From contig JBCDBB010000001.1 of the NCBI GenBank assembly GCA_039184415.1, forward strand, positions 402-64,401: 64,000 nucleotides of DNA, in the 5' to 3' direction. The position numbers and the translations under genes are program-made. The notes under the pieces are model-generated. The model saw nothing but the letters and a program-made list of their open reading frames with translations. It made no database searches and was not told the origin of the DNA. The stretch is from Pseudomonadota bacterium. GTDB lineage: Bacteria; Pseudomonadota; Alphaproteobacteria; Rhodobacterales; Rhodobacteraceae. This document shows positions 58,792 through 64,000 of this stretch, in pieces (the stretch's first letter is position 1; each line of letters opens with the position of its first letter).

Positions 58792-59643
58792 TCACGCCGG
58801 TTTTCTGTGTCGTCTGCCCGCCACTGCCAGAGCGCCGAGCGCTGGAGACAACAGCAGCAGACCAGCCGGAAGCGGAACAGGCGACACCGCCACCACGTCG
58901 ACCTCTATGTCGAACGCGCCCCGGATGCCGCTGAACATGTCGAAAAGGCCGGGGCCGGCAAGACCGGTATCCTCGATCACACCGGCTGCTGTCGGCGGCA
59001 ACAGATCAAGCAAGGGATCTCGCATTGCGGCAAACGCTCCGTCCGCAGCGTAAGTCAGCTCCGCGCGTCCGATCGCGTCGGTCAACGTCGACCCGGGATC
59101 CAGATCGTAGCTGCCGCTGATTATTCCGGCCGGGAGAAAGCCGGTTCCAGCCTCGATGATCGTGAACCGGCCGGAGCTTGCGGCCAGAACCGCCACGACC
59201 CTGTCCACCGGAGCCAGCGCGAGAAGATCATCCGGCGTGGCTCCTGGGAGGAAGAAGGTGGCCGCAAAGACCTCAAGCGGCGTCTGAGCATTCAGCCTGT
59301 CAAGCACATCGACCCGCAGCACGTCCGGGGCAGTCGGAAAGGGATTCAAGAAGATCGCTTCCAGGGACCTCGCTACGATCCTGACATCGACCGTGTAGTC
59401 AGCCCGCCCGGACGGCAAATCCAGCAAGTAGTCGAAATCGAGCTCCGCTGCCGCGCCCGGCGCGAAGGTTGTCGGGTCCAGAGGTCCGCTTTCGTCCGGA
59501 TCGATCTCTAGACTGATGTCGGTCACCACCAGATCGAGCGCGACATCGAGGGTTTTCGTTCCGACCACCGTCGCATTTGCTGAGCCTGTAGTACCGAGTA
59601 GCGCGATACATGCGCCAATCGTTAGGGAATTACGCCAAAACAT
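58792..59643 (-). CDS. Secreted protein with a VPLPA-CTERM sorting signal
   Basis: N-terminal signal MFWRNSLTIGACIALLGTTGSANA. C-terminus VPLPAGLLLLSPALGALAVAGRRHRKPA. Confidence 0.75.
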   Translation of the reverse strand: MFWRNSLTIGACIALLGTTGSANATVVGTKTLDVALDLVVTDISLEIDPDESGPLDPTTFAPGAAAELDFDYLLDLPSGRADYTVDVRIVARSLEAIFLNPFPTAPDVLRVDVLDRLNAQTPLEVFAATFFLPGATPDDLLALAPVDRVVAVLAASSGRFTIIEAGTGFLPAGIISGSYDLDPGSTLTDAIGRAELTYAADGAFAAMRDPLLDLLPPTAAGVIEDTGLAGPGLFDMFSGIRGAFDIEVDVVAVSPVPLPAGLLLLSPALGALAVAGRRHRKPA

Positions 59644-59777
59644 CTTGAATTCACCAATTTATTGCCAACTCTAGTACAATAAATCGCGATATCTTACGAC
59701 TTCCCGAAGAGCCATTTCGACCTCGACACCCTATGGAAGGCCGGTACGTTTGCGCCGCAGAGCACGGTCGCCGACGT

Positions 59778-60023
59778 TCAGTCCTTGGTGCCCATCCCCA
59801 TGAAGCCCGGCATCTTCATCAGCTCGGCCATCCAGTCGGCATTGCCGCTTGCAGCCTTGATCCAGGCCTGGATCATGCCTTCTGGCGTCAGCTGATCCAT
59901 ATGCTCCTCCATCTTGGCGTTCATGCGCGCCAGCCAGAGCTCCTGCAGCGGCCGGACATCGGGCAGCCCGAGCAGATCGCGCGCCTCCATCGGCGTCATA
60001 TCGATATCGACCTTGATCTTCAT
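59778..60023 (-). CDS. Small conserved hypothetical protein (81 aa)
   Basis: MKIKVDIDMTPMEARDLLGLPDVRPLQELW... The longer track ORF (to 60287) has an implausible N-terminus. Confidence 0.5.
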   Translation of the reverse strand: MKIKVDIDMTPMEARDLLGLPDVRPLQELWLARMNAKMEEHMDQLTPEGMIQAWIKAASGNADWMAELMKMPGFMGMGTKD

Positions 60024-60069
60024 CGAGTGAACTCCATCCGTTTCGCCATTGGCGCACAATAACTGGCTG

Positions 60070-60089
60070 TTATCCACAGACAATCCACA
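60070..60089 (+). promoter_or_regulatory. Consensus DnaA box TTATCCACA plus an adjacent near-box CAATCCACA
   Basis: ctgTTATCCACAgaCAATCCACAcac, about 140-160 nt upstream of the mipZ ATG, in a divergent intergenic region. Confidence 0.3.
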
Positions 60090-60228
60090 CACTGCGCCGA
60101 AACCGCGCGTTGCTGCGGGTGTGCCGCACGACCTTCGGCGCGAGAACCGCTTCCCATCCGCAGAACCACAACATATAGTCGTTCCAATTGGGCGCTTCCG
60201 CCGTTTATCGTGTGATCGACTATCCGCC

Positions 60229-61038
60229 ATGGCCCATATAATCGTCATCGGGAACGAAAAGGGCGGCTCGGGGAAATCCACAACCACGATGCATCTGGGT
60301 ACCGCGCTGGCCCGTATGGGCCACCGGGTCGGCGGGCTCGACCTCGACCTGCGCCAGCGCAGCTTTGGCCGCTATGTCGAAAACCGCGTGGCCTATTGCC
60401 GGCGGGAGGGGATCGATCTTGCCGTTCCGCGCTATCTCCCCCTGCCTGAGATTGACCCCGACAGCTTGGCCGAGGGTCAGAACATCTATGACGTCCGGCT
60501 CGACGCGGCGGTCTCGGAGCTGGAAAACGCCGTCGACTTCCTGCTGATCGACTGTCCGGGCAGCCACACGCGCCTCAGCCAGATGGCCCATAGCCTCGCC
60601 GATACGCTCATCACACCGCTCAATGACAGCTTCATCGATTTCGACCTTCTGGCCCGCCATGATCCCGAAACCGGCAAGATCACGGGCCCTTCGGTCTATG
60701 CGGAGATGGTCTGGAATGCACGCCAGCTCCGCGCCCGCGCCGGCCTGAAGCCCATCGATTGGATCGTGCTGCGCAACCGCATGGGCAGCCAGCAGATGCA
60801 CAACAAGCGCAAGGTGGGCGAAGCGTTGCAGGAACTGTCCAGACGCATCGGCTTCCGCGTGGCTCCGGGCTTCTCAGAACGTGTGATCTTTCGCGAGCTG
60901 TTCCCGCGCGGGCTGACACTGCTCGATCTGCGCGATGTCGGCGTCACAGGTTTGAGCATGTCGAACATCGCGGCGCGCCAGGAGGTCCGCGATCTGGTCA
61001 ATGAACTGAACCTGCCGGACGTCCGCGCGAATTTCTGA
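60229..61038 (+). CDS. mipZ: Division-plane positioning ATPase MipZ (ParA/MinD family)
   Basis: MAHIIVIGNEKGGSGKSTTTMHLGTALARMGHRVGGLDLDLRQRS. Confidence 0.85.
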   Translation: MAHIIVIGNEKGGSGKSTTTMHLGTALARMGHRVGGLDLDLRQRSFGRYVENRVAYCRREGIDLAVPRYLPLPEIDPDSLAEGQNIYDVRLDAAVSELENAVDFLLIDCPGSHTRLSQMAHSLADTLITPLNDSFIDFDLLARHDPETGKITGPSVYAEMVWNARQLRARAGLKPIDWIVLRNRMGSQQMHNKRKVGEALQELSRRIGFRVAPGFSERVIFRELFPRGLTLLDLRDVGVTGLSMSNIAARQEVRDLVNELNLPDVRANF

Positions 61039-61063
61039 GCGCGCCGGCGACCAGCGCCATGTA

Positions 61064-61843
61064 CTAGATCAGCAAAAGCCGCGAGAGCTCCAGGGCCGCC
61101 GCGCGGAGCCGGTCGACATGGCGGCGCGCGCTGTCCAGGGACAGTCGCACGGTCGGCGCATGGAAGGATACGGTCGATAGAAGGCGATCCTGATCATCAA
61201 GAATCGGGCACGCGATCGCAATCATGCCCTCCATGAACTCCTCAGCATCCTCGCTATAGCCGCGTTCTCGTGTCAAAGCGATTTCGTTGCGCAACGCATC
61301 GACGCTCGTCAGGGTCGTGGCCGTGTGCTGGACGAACTGCTCGGCGCGCAGATAGCGTTCCAGATGCGCCTCGTTGAGGGAGGACAGATACATCTTGCCG
61401 CTGGCCGTGCAGTAGAAGGGCACGTGGGTGCCGACGGGCAACTGGATCCGCAGCGGCCATTTCGTCTCGACCCGGTCGAGGTAGACCATCGCATCACGGT
61501 CCGGAACGGCGATGTTGCAGGTCTCGCCCACCTCTTCGGCGAGCCGGCCCAGAACCGCGAGGCGGGCGGTGCGCACGCGCAGAGATGACAGCACGTTGAT
61601 CGACAAGCGGCGAAGGCGCTTGCCCGGCGTGTAGGACTTGCCGTCAAGCTCGCGCATGATGAAGCCTTCGGCTTCGAGGGTGGCAAAGAGCCTGTGGATC
61701 GTTGGTTTCGGCAGACCGATGCGCTGGTTGACCTCGGTAGGGGTCACAGGCACACCGCTCTGCGCAATCTCCTCCAAAACGAGGAGCATACGCAGATTGG
61801 TCGGTATGCTCCCGATGCGCGTCTCCCCGTTCTGTCCGTCCAT
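61064..61843 (-). CDS. IclR-family transcriptional regulator
   Basis: N-terminal wHTH (LRMLLVLEEIAQSGVPVTPTEVNQRIGLPKPTIHRL) plus an IclR effector domain. Confidence 0.85.
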   Translation of the reverse strand: MDGQNGETRIGSIPTNLRMLLVLEEIAQSGVPVTPTEVNQRIGLPKPTIHRLFATLEAEGFIMRELDGKSYTPGKRLRRLSINVLSSLRVRTARLAVLGRLAEEVGETCNIAVPDRDAMVYLDRVETKWPLRIQLPVGTHVPFYCTASGKMYLSSLNEAHLERYLRAEQFVQHTATTLTSVDALRNEIALTRERGYSEDAEEFMEGMIAIACPILDDQDRLLSTVSFHAPTVRLSLDSARRHVDRLRAAALELSRLLLI

Positions 61844-61855
61844 TACATCTCCAGT

Positions 61856-63217
61856 CTACCGCGCGGGCAGCAGCAGCGTTGTGGTTGCCGGAACCAGCGC
61901 AACTATTAGCCATACCGTCAGCAGCGCTGCAAGATAGATCAGGGTGAACTTCAGCAGCCTGAAGTATGGCACGCCCGTCACACCGCTGGCGACATAGAGG
62001 TTCAGACCGTAGGGCGGCGTGATGAAGCCGATCGAAGCACCGACCAGGAAGATCACCGCAAAGTGGATCGGATCCACCCCGACCGACGCCGCGATAGGCG
62101 CAAGGATCGGTGCGAGAATGATCGTCACCGGCAGGCTTTCCAGGATCATGCCCGTCACGAAGACGATGGCCATCGCGGTAAAGAGTACCGCGTGATAGCC
62201 GCCCATGCTGGTCACGAAGTTCCCGATCACTTCCTGCGCGCCCAAGAGCGACAGGATCTGCTGCATCACGACCGACACCGCGATGAGCGGCGCCAGGATG
62301 CCGGTGATCTGAGCCGACCGCATGGTGATCGACGGGATCTCGGAGACCTTGAAGCCCTCGACCACCAGCATCTCGCCATAGGTCTTTTCCGCCACCGGGC
62401 GTTCGGCATCGGGCGCCCCCATGAGCCGGAACATCGGGAGCGACAGAACGCCCACGATAACGCAGAACCCGACCGTCACACCGGCCGCCTCGGTGGGAGA
62501 GAACTTGCCCGTATAGATCCCCCAGAGCACCAGCCCGATGGCAAAGAAACCGAGCCAGGCGCCGACGGCGGTCTTGAGCATCCGCGACAGCTGCAGCGGG
62601 ATGAGATAGCCCCAGCCATTGGCCATGCAGACGATCCAGCACGCGAGCATCATCCCGGCCACCATCATGGAGCCCGGGATGATCCCGGCCACGAACAGGT
62701 CCGAAATCGGCAGGTTCATCAGGAAGCCGTAGACGATGAAGATGATCGAGGGCGGGATGATGATGCCCACCGTACCCCCCGCTGCCGCGGTCGCCGCAGA
62801 GAAGCGCTCATCATAGCCGCCTTTGACCATTTCAGGGTGCAGCATCGAGCCGATCGTTGCCGTGGTGGCCGAGTTCGAACCCGAGATTGCAGCAAAGAGG
62901 CCACAGGCACCGAGCGAGGCCATGGCCAACCCGCCGCGAAGCCAACCCAGGCAGGAGTAGGCGAAGTCCGACAATCGTCGGGCGATCCCGGACTTGTTGA
63001 TCAAGTCTCCCGTCAGGATGAAGAGCGGCATCGCCAGCAGAGCAAATCCATCGGTGAAGACGTCCGACAGCGCCGAGCCGATGTTGTCGAGCGTCATCCC
63101 GAGCACAAAACTGCAACCGAGTACCCAGTAGGCAATCACCAGAAAGACCGGCGTGCCGAGCATGAAGAGAACCGTGACCCCGAGCGAAATCAGGGTGATG
63201 ATTGTTCCGTCCGTCAT
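61856..63217 (-). CDS. dctM: TRAP transporter large permease (DctM family)
   Basis: Polytopic DctM-like sequence. GAGGAGGG SD before ATG 63217. Confidence 0.85.
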   Translation of the reverse strand: MTDGTIITLISLGVTVLFMLGTPVFLVIAYWVLGCSFVLGMTLDNIGSALSDVFTDGFALLAMPLFILTGDLINKSGIARRLSDFAYSCLGWLRGGLAMASLGACGLFAAISGSNSATTATIGSMLHPEMVKGGYDERFSAATAAAGGTVGIIIPPSIIFIVYGFLMNLPISDLFVAGIIPGSMMVAGMMLACWIVCMANGWGYLIPLQLSRMLKTAVGAWLGFFAIGLVLWGIYTGKFSPTEAAGVTVGFCVIVGVLSLPMFRLMGAPDAERPVAEKTYGEMLVVEGFKVSEIPSITMRSAQITGILAPLIAVSVVMQQILSLLGAQEVIGNFVTSMGGYHAVLFTAMAIVFVTGMILESLPVTIILAPILAPIAASVGVDPIHFAVIFLVGASIGFITPPYGLNLYVASGVTGVPYFRLLKFTLIYLAALLTVWLIVALVPATTTLLLPAR

Positions 63218-63227
63218 GGTGCCCTCC

Positions 63228-63896
63228 TCAGTCCGCGCCAATCACGGCCTGCTCGATGAGCGGCTTGCCGGTGCGATAGTTTTCAAGATCGTCGAGGAAA
63301 TTCTCGATCACCCGGGTGGCCATCATGATGAAGGCCAAGGGCACGGTGGCCAGGAACCACCATTGCAGCACATTGTCGGTGCCGAGCAGAATCTGGAAGT
63401 TGGAGGCCGAGTTCGCAGTAACCCGTGCCGACGTGACGACGACCACCCAGCAAAAGCCGAGCCAGAGAACCGCATCCATCGTCAGGCAGGCCATCTGGCC
63501 GGTCCGGCCCATATTCGACCGGAACTCCGCAAAGGCCAGATGGGTCCGCAGCCGCACATTGTAGGCACAGCCGAACCAGGTCATCACGAGAAACAGGAAG
63601 GGCGGAATTGTGGTCGACCAGGGCGCCTGCTGGTTCAGGACGAAACGCCGGAACACCTCGATAAAGATGATCGCCGCGATCAGCAGATAGGTCCACACCA
63701 TGACGGTGCGTTCCAGATGCCGGTCGATCAGAGGCACATGGCGGTAGATCGTCAGGAGCACGAAGGCGCTCACCAACATAGCGACAAGACCGACGAGCCA
63801 GGCACCCGAGGTCGAGAATGCCTGGCTCATCGCCCAGGCATCGTTTGAAAACAGCGACGCGATGACCGATCCGGCCTCGGCGAACAGAGTACCCAT
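63228..63896 (-). CDS. dctQ: TRAP transporter small permease (DctQ family)
   Basis: 4-TM small subunit immediately upstream of dctM. The DctP gene is presumably beyond the window edge. Confidence 0.75.
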   Translation of the reverse strand: MGTLFAEAGSVIASLFSNDAWAMSQAFSTSGAWLVGLVAMLVSAFVLLTIYRHVPLIDRHLERTVMVWTYLLIAAIIFIEVFRRFVLNQQAPWSTTIPPFLFLVMTWFGCAYNVRLRTHLAFAEFRSNMGRTGQMACLTMDAVLWLGFCWVVVVTSARVTANSASNFQILLGTDNVLQWWFLATVPLAFIMMATRVIENFLDDLENYRTGKPLIEQAVIGAD

Positions 63897-64000
63897 AGAT
63901 TCCTCCCGGCGAGCCGGGTTGGCCGGCCTCGATGTTCAGTACCCAACGGGCGCCGCTCCCCCGGCGCCCGGTGTCCTTTCAGGGTCTGTGGATTATCCCC

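Overview
High-GC alphaproteobacterial chromosome segment. It looks Rhodobacteraceae-like: the bc1 complex proteins closely resemble Rhodobacter PetABC, there is a VPLPA-CTERM protein, and MipZ is present. About 60 protein genes, one tRNA and no rRNA or CRISPR. Most of the window is core housekeeping: petABC, aroC, dapF-mtaB, rpsD, hisC-tyrC, ffh, the rpsP-rimM-trmD-rplS-rpmE cluster, mipZ, amn, HU and a TRAP transporter. An AT-richer accessory segment of about 12 kb (about 16.2-28.3 kb) interrupts this core. It ends at tRNA-Lys(UUU) and is bracketed by dead IS3- and IS5-family transposase fragments. It carries a secreted alpha/beta hydrolase, an AtuA(DUF1446)/DUF4387 pair, two giant signal-peptide-less RTX/T1SS-type proteins (971 and 910 aa) and a few tiny ORFs. 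Gene decay is frequent: a multiply disrupted phoX, a STAS-like gene with one in-frame TAG, an orphan dnaE2 lacking its C-terminal domain, and a TGA-interrupted small ORF. The candidate I consider most worth following up is an orphan stator-like operon (40.9-44.5 kb). In it a ChaC-family gene is translationally coupled to a tailed MotA/ExbB-like channel and to a MotB-like protein with a coiled coil of about 400 aa. Also notable are four tandem, translationally coupled GNAT paralogs wedged between ffh and the rpsP operon. I also list several hand-found regulatory motifs: a CRP-type palindrome, an SOS-like box, DnaA boxes, 11-bp direct repeats, a 16-bp palindrome and a repeat-rich ffh leader. All calls rest on reading the sequence and the ORF translations and on recalled family signatures. 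No database search was possible. Motif coordinates were hand-indexed and cross-checked against ORF-track frames.
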